Source: Camelus dromedarius
Taxonomy: Eukaryota
Assembly: GCF_036321535.1 (NCBI RefSeq)
Contig: NC_087436.1
Coordinates: 25,546,001-25,610,000 of the forward strand
Length of the DNA: 64,000 bases
Direction of reading: 5' to 3'
How positions within the stretch are numbered: the stretch's first letter is position 1; each line of letters begins with the position of its first letter. Shown here piece after piece: positions 23,380 to 36,249 of this stretch. The notes under the pieces were generated by a model, which was given only the letters and a program-made list of their open reading frames with translations, ran no database searches and was not told the DNA's origin. The translations under genes were made by a program, and so were the position numbers.

Positions 23380-24110
23380 GAGCAATAGATGGCTAGACTA
23401 GCTCTATATCTATCTATTAAAGAAATCAAATTCATAGTTAAACAATGAATGAACAATTCCAGGCCCAGACTGCCTTATTGTTAAATTATTTCTAAAATTT
23501 AAGAAAAAAAATATCGATTTTTTAAGTTCTTTGAAGTAATAGAGAATAAACAGTGCCAACACATTTTATGAAGCCTGCATTATCCTGCTATCAAAAGACA
23601 CAAAGATAGTATAAAAAATAAAAAACAAGACCACAAAGCAATATACCTTACAAATACAGACACAAAAAGCTTAATGTATATATATTCTATACCCAAGAGG
23701 GGTTTACCCCAGGAATAAAAGGATGGTTTAACATTTGAAAAATTAATCAATTTAACTTACCATTTTAAGGATGGAAAAATCATATGATTAATCAATAGGT
23801 GCAAAAAAAAAAAAACCATTCGAAAAAATTCAACATACTGTCATAAACATTTTTTTGGCAAACAGGATACTGAGGAGAACTTTCTCAATTATATAAAGGA
23901 TATCCACAAGAATCCAATGGATAATGGTGAAATCCTGAATTCCTTCCCCCATGATCAGAATGAAAGTGAGGATGACATTCATCATCACTCCTATTTGACA
24001 TTGTGGTTGAAGTTCTACCCAGTGCAATAAGGCATACAAATTGGAAAGAAAGTAACACAATGTGTATTTGTAAAAGACATAATTACCTATGTACTCAAGA
24101 ACTATTAAGT
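23380..24110 (+). mobile_element. Old L1 (L1M) ORF2 reverse-transcriptase-region fragment
   Basis: Degenerate ORF2 landmarks CCAGGCCCAGA, TTTTATGAAGCC, GGGTTTACCCCAGGAAT...GGATGGTTTAACAT, CACTCCTATTTGACATTGT. Confidence 0.85.
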
Positions 24111-24119
24111 AAGTTTACT

Positions 24120-26200
24120 TCAATCTTTTCCTAGAGACATTTGTCAAAATCAATCACAAGCAAGTCTTGACTATCACAAAACAACCAGATACAATTATTG
24201 AATATTGAAGAGGTAGATAAGAGTTGGGGCAAATGATAAGCTAGCCAAAAGCTTAAAAGAAAACACTACAGAATGAATCCAGTGTCTGTAAGGGACATCG
24301 AAAGGCTACAGCATATTCCTGGGAATGTAGAATGCTACACACATGTGTACAGTTGTGCACATACCCAGAGCAGTGTGCACGCTCAAGGAGAAGCCTGAGA
24401 AGACCCTAAGCTCTCATCTTCAGCTAATCTCGAGACTCTGTGCAAAAAGGAAGTCAAGGCTAAGATGATGTTGTAAACTCTGAATGAGTGTTGAAGGCAT
24501 GCCCCAGAACACATACAGAACCCCTTGGTAAAGACTGGGAGGCTCACTGGGTTTGAGGCATCTAAGAAAAATCTCTGTCCGGTAACTGGCTGACAGCCAG
24601 ATAGAGATTTCAGTAGCCACATATGATAAAATGACTTTACAGAATTAGTTCAGAGATGTCACTAAACAAGCAGCAACAACAACAACAACAGCAACAACAA
24701 CAACAACAAACCTGGTGAGAGAGAAACATCTGAATTCCAACACTGCCACAGTCTATAATTTAAAATGTCCAGTTTCCAACAAAAAATTGTGAGATATGCA
24801 AAGAAACAATAAATAATGGCTCACATACAGGAAAAAAGCAGCCCATAGAAACTGTCCCTACGAAAATGCAGCTGCTGGATTTACTAGACAAAGACATTAA
24901 ATCCTTCATTTGAAATATGTTCAAAGAACTAAAGCAGCATATCTAAAAACTAAAGGAAAACATTAGGCTGATGTCTTACTAAAAAATAATATTAATAATA
25001 ATACTGATAAAGATGTAGAAAATATAAAATAAAACTAGATATTATGGGTTGGAAAACACAGTAATTAAAATGAAAAATATGCTAGAGGAAATCAACAGCA
25101 GATTTTAGCAGATGGAAGAAAAAGTCAGCAAACTTGAAGGTTGATCAATTGAGATTATTCATAAGGAACAGAAGAAAAAAAGAAAAGAAAAATAAACAGA
25201 GCCTCAGAAAACTGAGACCCTATTAAGTATAGCAGCACATAACTGAGAATTCCAGAAGGAGAGAAGAGCAGGAAGAAAACAATGTCTGAAAAAATACTAG
25301 CCAAAATCTTTCCAAATTTGCTGAAAAATATTTATTTACACCTCTAAGAAGCTCAACAAAACCCAAGTTGGATGAAGAAATCAAATTCCTAAAGGTAAAA
25401 GCTAAAAATATCAAATTCCTAGAAGAAAATATAGTATAGATCTCAATAACCTTGGACTAGGTGATGATTTCTTAGATGTGACACCTAGAGCACAGACAAC
25501 CAAAGAAAAATAAATAAGTTGTACTTCATCAAAATATAAAATTTTTGTGCATCAAAGGGCACAATCAGAAAGTAAACTTATACAATGGAGGAAAATATTT
25601 GCAAATCATATACCTAATAAAGACCTAGTATTCAAAACACAAAAAGAACAATTGTAGCTCGACAATAGATGGACAAATAACCCTATTTAAAAATGAGCAA
25701 AGGTTTATATAAACACTTCTCTAAAGAATATATGTAAGTGTCCAATAAGCATATGAAAAGATGATCAATATAATTGGTCACTAGGGAAATACGAATCTAA
25801 ACCACAGTAAGGTAACACTTCACACTCACTAGGACGACTATGATCAGAAAGACAGATGATTACAAAAGTAGACCAGGATGTGAAGAAATTGGAACCCTTG
25901 TATATTACTAGTGGAAATATAAATGTTACAGCCATTGACAAAAAACAGTTTGACAGTTCGTCAAGAAGTTACAGATGTACCTACCATATGACCCAGCAGT
26001 TCCACTTCTAAGTATAACCCAACATAACTGAAAACAATTTTCAATTTGTGTACAATTTGTGTACACTTGTACATAAATGTTCATAATGGTGTTATTCATA
26101 ATGGTCAAAAAGTGGGAACAATCCAAATATCCATCAAGGGATGAACTGATAAGCAACAAACGATCTATCTAAAAAATGGCATATTATCCAGCCACATAGA
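24120..26200 (+). mobile_element. Old L1 (L1MC/L1MD-like): 5' UTR + partial ORF1 (to ~25375) fused to ORF2 3' part
   Basis: 5' UTR CCTGAGAAGACCCTAAGCTCTCA; ORF1-like AGCAAACTTGAAG...ACAGAGCCTCAGA...GAAGCTCAACAAAACCCAAG; then ORF2 end (TTCTTAGATGTGACACC, AAAACCACAGTAAGGTAACACTTCACA, CCATATGACCCAGCAGTTCCACT). Confidence 0.85.
24668..24709. repeat. (CAA/CAG)n microsatellite
   Basis: Direct reading. Confidence 0.95.
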
Positions 26201-26254
26201 ATATTCTTTTCAACTAACTGAATATCCTTATGCAAATAAATAGATAAATAAAGA

Positions 26255-26600
26255 AACAAAAATAAAATTGAACCATAATCGTATCTCACAGCATATCTCA
26301 CACAAAAATATACAAAAATTAACTCAAAGTGGATATTGAATGTATCTGTGTAATCTAAAATTATAAAAAGCCTCTGGAAGAAAATATAGAAGAAAAATCT
26401 TTGTGACTTAGATAAGACACAAAAGCATGAAAATTAAAATAAAAGTTAATATATTAGACTCATGAAAGTTAAAAATTTTTACTATTCAAAAGCCACTGTT
26501 AATAAATTGTAAAAGCAAGCCAAAGTTCGAGAGAAACTATTACAAAACATTTTCTATAAAGGGTTTTTATATTTACTAAAGAACTCTTATAACTCAAATT
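26255..26600 (+). mobile_element. Old L1 ORF2 3' fragment
   Basis: ATACAAAAATTAACTCAAAGTGGAT ([12 protein letters not shown])...GAAGAAAATATAGAAGAAAAATCTTTGTGAC...AAAGAACTCTTA. Confidence 0.8.
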
Positions 26601-27599
26601 TCTCCAAAGTCATGAGACCTCATTTCTGATCACTGTATGGTGGAAGAACCAGGCTTTCTTTAGCTTATAGGAGTGAAAAGCACTGAAAATTCTGGGGCCT
26701 GGCAGCATTTCAAGGGATTTTCTGCTGTAATAATATTCATCCTGTCCCGATCCCTGAAATCCAAATTTACTGCAGTATTTTGGTTCTCCCCACGAAAGGA
26801 AAGACTGATCCATAAATTTGAATTGTATTCCAGAAGGACAGAGCCATTGACACTACATACACCTTAAGGAGGGTAGTGATACAACTTGGTTGACACAGGA
26901 CAATCAGGACTATGCCTCTCAATATATCTCAAGTATTAATAATGTGTCTTTTATTTTGCAACTTTAACAGTTAAATAGATGGTTATTGGGCATGCTAAAC
27001 TGAAGCCGCATTCAGACCAGCTGAGAAATAGCTGATCTTCCTTGAAAGCATTCTTCCCGTAGACCAGGAGAAAACAATGAGGGGATAAGTAGCTAGTGCT
27101 ACTTTTTTGTTCATGGCATCCACATCAATACAGCTCCCCTATGCTTTTTTATTTTATTTTATTTTTTTATAAGAGCCTGGTTTGAAGTTGCTGAAGTGCT
27201 TCAACTGTATAAGCACACTGGGAGTACTTAAGGAGGCTGCATCCAAATTATTAATCTAAAAGCCACTCTGTCCTGCCATTCTGACCTTCAGTATTCTATT
27301 CTTAAATCAGGATGGCACCATCTTCTATATATTACAAGAGTATCATAAGGATTATATGTATGTGCAATTATAAATTCCAATGTGAAATATACAATTGTTT
27401 TGATAAGGGTTCACTTTTCTTGCAGAATCTCAACCTTCATTTATATCTTTTTGAAGATTATTTCATAGACATTTGTGGAATATCTTTCTCATTCACATTG
27501 CTTTCCTTGCATTGTTCTGGTCTCTGATGAAGGTAAGCCTAGAAATGCATGCTGGCATTGAGTGCCTGAGCTGAACCGAGCGTGTGAAGCAAGCTGACG

Positions 27600-27980
27600 T
27601 TGTCATCTTCTCCAGAGAATTTGAACTGAGTTACACAAAGTAGCTTTCAGATCATGTCCCTGGAACCACAGGGTTATATAAAGTCATGGTCGGTGTTGGT
27701 TCAGGGTTTAAGTGAATCCTCTGGTAAACTAAAATTATGAGGAAATTGAAACCTTGCTGAGAAAGGTTCTTCTAGAGAGAATTGAAAAGAGCAGAAGGAG
27801 AGGTGAGCAGATCCTGGCTGCCTGAGGCTCCAGCTTAGAGGAAGAAGAAGGAGTTGTGCCCCATGACTTTCTGCATTTGGGTTCTGGGATCGCTCCTTAC
27901 ATTCTTAATATAAATCTCCTTTCAGTTATGATAGCTGGTCTGGGTTTCAGTTCTTAGCAATCAAATGATCCCTGATTAAC
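27600..27980 (+). mobile_element. Highly diverged MaLR-type (old MLT1) LTR
   Basis: 3' end GGGTTTCAGTTCTTAGCAATCAAATGATCCCTGATTAA resembles old MLT1 termini. Confidence 0.45.
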
Positions 27981-29873
27981 TGGGCCAAGGCAATTCACCC
28001 ACTGTATAGAACATTCCTTGACTCACCACGAATTTTCCTTGACAAAAATACAGCATTAGACTTATCCTTTTATTTCCCTCTTATATTTACTACATTCACA
28101 TCTCTGGACTTAGGTTTAATTTTCACTTTTAGTAAGTGTTGAGAAAAAAAGAATATTGCCCATTTTTCAGTATAAATCCATAGTACCTACTACACTTAAA
28201 TATGCTGTCATTGATATACATATTTTTCAAATGATTACTTTTGTATTTATAGAAAAAGGTTATTTTTTAGAAATAAGGAAATGTTAGGATTCTGCTACAT
28301 TTTCTGATAGGAGTACAGCTTATTTCTCTCTTCCCAGTTTTCTCCTGCTACAAAGTTTTATGCTTTAAAGATTGCCCAGCTAATGCAGCACTTGCTGGGA
28401 AGTTGAGGTATTATCTGTGCAGCTTAAATATTTATGAGGAAAAAGAAACTACAAGCTGAAGGGTGTGCCATTTATGAAAGCTTTAATGGATGTAGTTTAG
28501 CCCAAAATGAAACCTGTTTGGGGAGCACAACTGCATTTGTTTAATGATACATGAAAATATTACTCTGTACTTGGCATAGCATCAGCAAGTAATTGGAAAG
28601 CAGAAAATGCCTAACTGTAGTTGGTGAGACTTTTACTGCTGGAAGAAAAACTGCTATGATTATAGCAGAAGACTATGTTAGCTAAATAACCGTGCTTCTG
28701 GGGCTTAAACGCAAGGAATATTATTGCACATATGTCATGACAATGCAGTCTCTGTCTTATTAAGTGTGGGTTTGGTCCCATGTGGGCAGTGGTGAGCAAA
28801 TATTGGATAGCACTGGCACTTGGCAGTGACACCTGCGAAATGCAGACGTCATTGGCAAATGTTGCACTTATTCTAATTCAGAGCCACGTTGGCTTCTAAT
28901 TAGACTTCTGAGAAACAGTGGGATGGTGGATATTCACAGCTTGCAATTAGACATCCGAGAAAAGGGAAACAAGCATGCAGGGAGATGATTTGGGAGCTTT
29001 TGCATTTGTCTCATTGGCATATATTCTCCCCACTCTCACCCCCTTTTTTCCTGTTCTTTTCCTTGAGAGACAAAGAACAACTCAGACTGAATGAATCTCA
29101 GCTATTTGCTTCAAGTATGGATAGCTCCTAGACACAGCTGATTGAATTTGCTACTACGTGTTTGTGGGTGGGTGGAAAGGGAAAAGATGAAAGAGAAGAG
29201 AAAATAAGGCCCGAAGTGCAGTGGGCTAAGGATGAGAAGTGTCAACTGGGGTTTCCTGTGTGGTTTTAGAGGAAGAGATCACTTCCCTGAAAAGTCTTTC
29301 ATGTTGCCCAGGAGATGGACCACTCTTCGACATCAGACTAGAAATGTCGGGTCAATTCATCTCATCAGTTTCCAGTCTTCTAGCCCAAGCGGAAAAGCAT
29401 GTAGCTTTTGTGACATCTATTCTGAAAATAGTCCTAACTCCTCATTGAACAACTTTAAAGCTCATCTTAATTATTTAGTAATTAAGAACTCAATATATAA
29501 GAAAGAATTTTGACTTGATCTATCCAAGTATTAAAAATCCATAGATTGTAACATATCTATGTGTATATGTATAAACACACATGATACAATTTTTTCAATT
29601 CAGTATCATGTGCATTAAAGAAAAACTAAAAGTTATACATGCATCTGGTTCAAAGTACTTCTACACGGTTGAAGAAAAGGCAATAGCACCCCTTCCCCTT
29701 TCCCAAAGTAATCCCCGCATCCCCTCACCCACAAAAGCGACCGTTTAAAACTTTAGTTTTTCCATTTCATATTTACCTCCCTGTGTCTAGTAACATGCTA
29801 AAGCTGGTATAATTTTTTTTAGGCATATTACCTTGCCCTATGGAAGATTAGGATTTATTCTTTTATACATACC

Positions 29874-30338
29874 TGTTGAAAAATATTTTGATACTTGTTA
29901 ACATAGTAAGGAACACTTTATTCAGGACTATTGCAACAGGTGTCAAGACTCTCACAACAGGGAAGAGAGATCAGGCTCAATTCTGAATACAGCAAACACA
30001 TCTGGGGATTTGTTGCCAGGGAGCAGAGCAAGGGAGTCAGGGGATGGAAAGTGACCAAGAGGAGATATGAGGGGGGGGGTGCTTGCTAAACTTACTTAGG
30101 ATTTTCACTGACCATGCCAGGGTGACCAGATGTCAAGAATGGGAATGAGGAATTTGATCAGATATTAAGAGTGATCAACAATCGAGGGTGAGAGGAATTC
30201 TTTCTATACTCACTTAACAGGACCCTTACTAGAACTGGGCTAGGCAGGCTGAAGACATCGCTCAAGGAGTTGGCCTCATGGAAGACAGGATTCAAGGAAC
30301 CTGTCTAAAGCTTGGCCAAGGAGAGAGACTTTATAACA
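29874..30338 (-). mobile_element. ERV1 solo LTR, MER31-like
   Basis: TG...CA ends; TGATACTTGTTAACATAGTAAGGAACACTTTATTCAGGAC...GATCAGATATTAAGAGTGATCAAC...AAAGCTTGGCCAAGGAGAGAG; AATAAA on minus strand near left end. Confidence 0.7.
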
Positions 30339-30639
30339 CCCTCTCTCCCCACTACACCTAAATACCTCTCCTTTTCCCAGATGGAGATGCAATAATTTTT
30401 AGTTCAATCAATAGTCAATGTTTGCCTTATGATTTCACTTATTATTATCAAATTATACTTTATGTCTCAGCTATATTGAATGGTTTATTTTAACTATATT
30501 TCTTTTTCTATTTTTTTTTAAATCTATTGATTTCCCTGAGGTTTATAATTGCCTCATTCTTTTTGGTTTTCTACAAAGTATTCTCCAATCTTCTTCATAA
30601 GTATAAATCTTCCCTCAATACATTCAAATATATCAGATT

Positions 30640-30782
30640 CTCTTTCTTCCATCTCCTCCTTCCCTATCTTTTTCTTTTTCTCCTTTTTTGTTTTTTACCT
30701 TCCTCCCTCTCTCCTTCCTTTCTTTCTCCTTTTCCTCCTCTTGCATTTCTTTTCTTTTCCTTTCTTTTGCTTTGCATTCCTT
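30640..30782. repeat. Polypyrimidine (CT-rich) low-complexity tract
   Basis: ~140 bp almost entirely C/T on the + strand. Confidence 0.9.
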
Positions 30783-32349
30783 TACCCAAGAGTAATGCCA
30801 GAGTCATGGTGCTGGGATGAGCAGGTGTCCCTAAGCATTGTGTGGGCACAAAGAATAGTAACCCTGTGATCCCACCTAGTACAGCTCAGCCCCATCCTGC
30901 TGACACGACAGAAACTTACCATGCACACAGCACTGCCCTGACCCACATCATTCTTATGGACACTTGTGGGCAGGAACTGGCTACTGTGACCAAGCATGCG
31001 TCCAAGACCTTTGGACCCATAGCCAGATCAAGCACACCAGGTTTCAGGTGTGATGTGAGGCCAAGGAATAAGACTGAGATCAGGAAAGGTGATCAGAAGA
31101 GGTGCTTGTCCTGCCAGGGCTGACCCATAAACATAAAACCACCCATGAACCTCCCATTGTGCCTTGACCTTCCACAAGCTTGACCTTGGATCTTGGAGGC
31201 CAAATAATGAAACTGGTGAAGCCACAAGAAGGAAATGACTTGAGTACCCGAGGTGCCTTTGGAAAGGATACACCTTCAATCAGAAGTTCATATTTTTTAT
31301 CTTATATGATCTATACGAAACTGAATTCCTATTGATCATCATACAGATAGGTGTTTGTCTGTTCCAGCAGCTTTCATTGCTTTAACTCTTTCATTCCCAC
31401 CTTCTCCCAAGGTCCACACAGCAGAATGGCTTCTTGAGGGGGTCAGAGCAATACCATGTTCACTCCAGGTGAGACCAGAGGCCAAGGCCCTGACAGAGTC
31501 ATGTCCTGTAAGGGAGGAAATGTCCAGCACTGTCACAGCAGAGCATCTCAAGCAGGTCTTAGCAGGAGTTTGCATGGAGCTTACATTTCACAGGGAAAAG
31601 GTGTTGCCAGCAAAAAATGGATTTGTCAGGGCACCAGGGATCTTTGGATTACACTTCTCTGAGCATGAGAGTTCCCAGCAGTGTGTGAACTCCTCTTTTC
31701 CCAGTCCCTGCCTGTTGTTCCCTGATGGGAACAGTCACCCGTTGGATCACAGGATAGGGTGCCACCCTTATGGGCTACAGACAAAGACCACCCACTGCAG
31801 GAGGATGTCAGACAAGCAGATCCTCAAGATTACACGGGATGTGGGGATTGGACAGATGATGTCATACCAGCTGATCCAGGATATGACATGAGACATGAGG
31901 ATCTGACACCTCAGGCCAGCTAATCTAGGATATGACATGAGATATGCAGGCCTGACAGATGTGGGAAGTATGGACTTGACAGAGGATTGGGATGTGAGGA
32001 GCTGACAGACAATATACAACGTGCATCAAGGAGGTGATTTGGGGAAGGTAGACCCAAGAGACGATGCCTGGTGGGCTGAGTAAAGACTGCACTCGCAGAG
32101 CATGTGCTGTACATTGATGTCCAGATTGTGTGAGCTAATTCCAGGACCCCTTGTCTGAAATAAGGTTGGGGTAGTGTACCAGCTGCAGGAGTTACTGAAT
32201 TGCCTGAGCCAAAATAGGGAAAGGGGCTATGAAAGGAAGCTACTGGCCATTCCAGGTCTTTGCAAACAGAAGATGGTTAAATTCCAAGCCACACACAGAG
32301 AGGCAGGGAGGTGGGGAGGAAGGGAAGTGAGAGGGAAGGAAGGAAGACA

Positions 32350-33050
32350 TACGGTAAACAAAAAGAAGATGCAGAACTCACAGTAGAATAATGTTGCTGC
32401 AGATCAGAGGAAAACCATGCATGCAGTTGTCTGTGGGTTCAAGTAAATGGAGGATATACACAGCCTCTGTGAATCAGGGACTTATGGTAGAGACATAGGT
32501 TTAAGGATGAAATAAGACAACAAAAGATGATGAAAAATTAGTTGGTGGTGCTCAAGAAAGATGAGAAAAAAGTAAGTTATCACAAACTGTGAGGTCATAC
32601 TGAGTACAGAAAGAAGGAAAAAGGATATGGATGAAAACAGAGCAGCAACAGACCGAGTATATCTGAAAAATAGACAACACAAATATTTTTTAAAAGGACT
32701 TAAAGAGAAAGTTACTGATATGGAAGCCAAAGGAGAAACAGGGTATGCATAGTTTGTTACCCTGTAGAAGAGGGAAAAGAAATGTAGAAGTAAAGTATCC
32801 AGAGATGTAATTGAAGAGCGCTTTCCTGAAATCCAGGGCGTAATCCACAGATTGAAAGGGTGTGGTACATTTCAGATAAAATCAATATGGATTTGTCAAC
32901 TCCAGGGGATGTCCTAATTTTATGAGACTTCAAAGACAATCACTCCTCTAAGTTTCAGGCAACAAACAGCAAAGATAATAACAAAATACATCAAGTTGCT
33001 TTTAAGGAAAAATTCAGACTTGCTCAGACTGAAACACTTCAAATGCAGCC
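32350..33050 (+). mobile_element. Degenerate L1 ORF1-like region (HAL1 or L1ME-type)
   Basis: Ordered ORF1p-like landmarks: GAAGAGCGCTTTCCTGAAATC (E-E-x-F-P-E), CAGATTGAAAGG (Q-I-E-R), TTCAAAGAC, TTCAGACTTGCTCAGAC. Confidence 0.65.
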
Positions 33051-33059
33051 ATTATGTCG

Positions 33060-34600
33060 GGAGGGAGTGAATATAGGAGAGAAGAGAGAGGGGTATGGAA
33101 TGAAGTCAGAGGAGGGAAGGCCCTGGATCATGTTGAGATTTTAAGTTGCAGTAAGAGATTTAGATTTTAATTCTAAGTGCAATGAGAAGGATTTGGGAGA
33201 CACTGTTGCATTAGGCCAGGTGAGAGATGGTAGTGATGGAAACTGGGGTGACAATAAGGGAGGTGGGAAGAAATTGATGGATTAAGTATACATTTTGGAA
33301 GTAGAGTCAATAGGACTTGGTGATATACTATGTGTAAGTGACAGTAGGGAAAGAAGGGTAAAAAAAAAGTCATGGGGATGAGCAGATTTTTGAATTGAGC
33401 AACTGGGTTGTGGTGATGTGATTTCACTGAGTTGCAGAGACTAGAGGAGAAATGGTTTTGAAAGCAAAGAGTTTGGCTTTGGACACATTAAAATTGCAAT
33501 GTCAGGAATGATATTAAAATAATTAAAAGGTGACATTCTTATAGGAACCCACTAATAAGAAGAATCACTTTTCTAATCATTACAGATATGATTCAGTATA
33601 CACATTTGATATGTACCATTGCTGCAAGTCTTCTCTAGAAATCATGGTGCTATGTTGAGTAAGCACTATGTTATATGAGTGGGAAACCCAAGATGGAGAT
33701 CAGGACTAAAACAAAACAAAAGTAGGGTTCATTTGGGATCTAGGTGATGTTTACTGCCTGAAACTGGATGATATTTCTAGAGATGTAGAAAGAAAAGTCA
33801 AGAGGTCCTAGGACCAAGCCCTTGGGACACGTTAACATCAAGAAATCAAGAGAGGAATAAGAATAACAAAGAAGATTGAGCCTGAGGGGTAAGAAGAGAA
33901 CGAATTATGAGTGATCATGAACTCTAGACCAAGAAAGTGTTTAGAAAGGAAAGCATGGTCAGCTGAGTTGAACTGTTAAGGATAGTAGGAAGAAGATAGA
34001 AGGAAACCACTGGTTTGGCAACAAAGAGGTCCCTGGTGACTTCAACAAGAGTAGTTTTCAATAGTGGAGTGAGATTTAGACATTTGGCTGAGGAAGTAAG
34101 GTTGCAGAGGCAGTCACCACAGACACTTTGATCCAGAAGAAGAGATAAGGCATGGGGTGGTAGGTGGAGAAAGATGGGAGATCAAAGAGTTATCACTTTT
34201 GAAGATGACAGATGTGGAGGCATATCTGCACACTGGGAGGGCAGATCCAGTATAGAAGGACAAGCTGATGGTACAACAGATAGAGGAGAGCTACCAGAGA
34301 AGGACTCTGGAGTAGGCAAGAGAAGGTGAGATCCAGGAAGTCAGTGAGGGATTGGCTGCTGATGGGGAAGGACCACATTAAATATTGTGCGAAGAGAGAA
34401 GCAGAGGGTGTGGGAGCAGAGGTAGGTCGCAGATTTGGTAGTAGGAAACTGAGTAAACAATCATTTGTTTCTATTTTCTCCATGGAAATAGGAGGTCAGG
34501 TCAGGAGCTGAGAGAGGAGAAGAGAAGGCATGAGAGGCCTGAAGAGAGAAGGTAGAGTGTGAAAGCGTTATTTTTGAGAAGTTTACTAGGGGAATGCAGT
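33060..34600 (-). mobile_element. L2 LINE fragments (~33060-33505 and ~33740-34600)
   Basis: Purine-rich antisense L2 motifs: CCAGGTGAGAGATG, TTTTGGAAGTAGAGTCAATAGGACTTGGTGAT, TGAGCAACTGGG, GAGTTTGGCTTTGGACACATT, GAGGTCCCTGGTGACTTCAACAAGAG. Confidence 0.8.
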
Positions 34601-35624
34601 GGTGCAATTTAAGATCTGAAAGTTCCTTTTCTAGTTTTAATTTCCAAGAACTTCCCCCTCTTTCTAAAAATATAATATCCTAGTTTTTCTATTGCTTTCA
34701 ATATGTTCTCTTATCGCTCAGTATACTCTTTCTCTTCTCAAGTTTTAATCTTTCAGCCTCATCTTTTTTTCCCCAAATTCTATTCACTTATTTGCTTATT
34801 TGGGGCTCCAACATTCACATTCTTGGCAATCCTTGTGAGATTACACTGACTTATGAAGAACAGTTGCTACTGCAAGTGTCCCTGAGAAAGCAGTTTAACA
34901 TCACACAGACTTTCACCCTTATCTTTTATTGTAGCTCTCCCTTCTCTTCATACCATCCCAAAGTGATGGTGCTACGAATTTTTGAGCCTTTTGGAAATTC
35001 TGAATTGTTCATCAGATTAACTCTTGGTTTTCCCCACTATTAGAATTTAGTTTTTTCCAGTCCTTTAAGGTCTTTGCTATATTTTTTTGTCCAGCTTTAA
35101 AAATCCTGTCACTCTATCTTTTCTTCCATTCTCTTTCCATCATCATTTTTTTTGTGAGTGAAATAAAACTGGCCTACTATCATATTGGTAGGAATTGTTC
35201 AAGTTGCCAATTTATACTTCAAAGTTGTATTCACTTTGCTTGGTATTTTTGCTCTAATAATGCAAGCTGTCTCTCTTCATGCTTTTGCATTAAATTACTA
35301 CTGGTCTCCAAACTTAATGCCAACGGCATTCCTACAGCTATCTTCTTATCCTCTCTCATTTCCAACTATAGTGATCTTCAGGGATGATATGTATATGCAT
35401 AGGGCTTCACTATTAAAGTTCTATTCAGGATCCCATTGCCCACTTTTTCCCTCAATTATTTACATAGTGGTTTCTGTCTAGTTTTGAACATTATTTGTAA
35501 CACTAAAACTGCCAGTGATACCATGATTAATGAGTGAGATTTTTACCTAATAATGATACTTCCTTTTATAAGATCTTTTACAGTGCAAAGGAGATAGGTA
35601 GGTAGATAGATATTTATGGATATT

Positions 35625-35688
35625 AATATATCTATATATTTACAGATACAGATATAAATATATCTATATATTTACAGATATAGATATA
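35625..35688. repeat. Two-copy 32-bp AT-rich tandem repeat
   Basis: AATATATCTATATATTTACAGATA(C/T)AGATATA x2, one mismatch. Confidence 0.9.
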
Positions 35689-35759
35689 TGTGTAGGTACA
35701 GACATAGAGTACTTGTTTAGTATTCAAAATATCTCTCTATGTCTGAGAGATTTTATTTG

Positions 35760-35890
35760 GAATTAGTATCCCAATTTTTAAAATGAGGCAACCGAGGCTT
35801 AGAGAGGACAGATTTCCTCAAAGCTGCAGACAGTCCAAAGAACCCAGAACTTAAACTCAGATCCTTTGATTTCAAATGATATGCTCTTTC
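35760..35890 (-). mobile_element. MIR SINE fragment
   Basis: ATCCCAATTTTTAAAATGAGGCAACCGAGGCTTAGAGAGG. Confidence 0.7.
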
Positions 35891-36249
35891 TATTTAATTG
35901 ATTCACTTTATATTCAAGAAATATGTCTTTACGCACTTGTTATTTTCCTGGCTGAAATTAGAGTAGTCGATCTAATTGTCAACTTCTATGATTTTGTAGA
36001 GTTTACTCTTAGGGAGAGATGGATCAAATTCATTGATTTTACAAATAATTTTTTAAATATCAACAGAGACTTCCAAGTAAAAATAGCAGTTGGAACACAT
36101 TTATTTACATTTCTCCATCTAAAAAATTCCACAAATTACTTCTGAGTTCTGTTGAGTTGTTTTTAAATTTTTGTTTTGTTTTAGGTTCAATGATAACGAA
36201 GCCTTTCTCTATGGATGAAACTTGAGTTAAGAGTTGAATACGGCTGCTG

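Noticed and set aside
30527..30869. Hydrophobic 'membrane protein' ORFs
   Set aside because: Translation artefact of the CT-rich tract
31355..31891. Longest ORF (178 aa) as a gene
   Set aside because: Non-ATG start, no recognisable domain or exon structure; explained by locally higher GC
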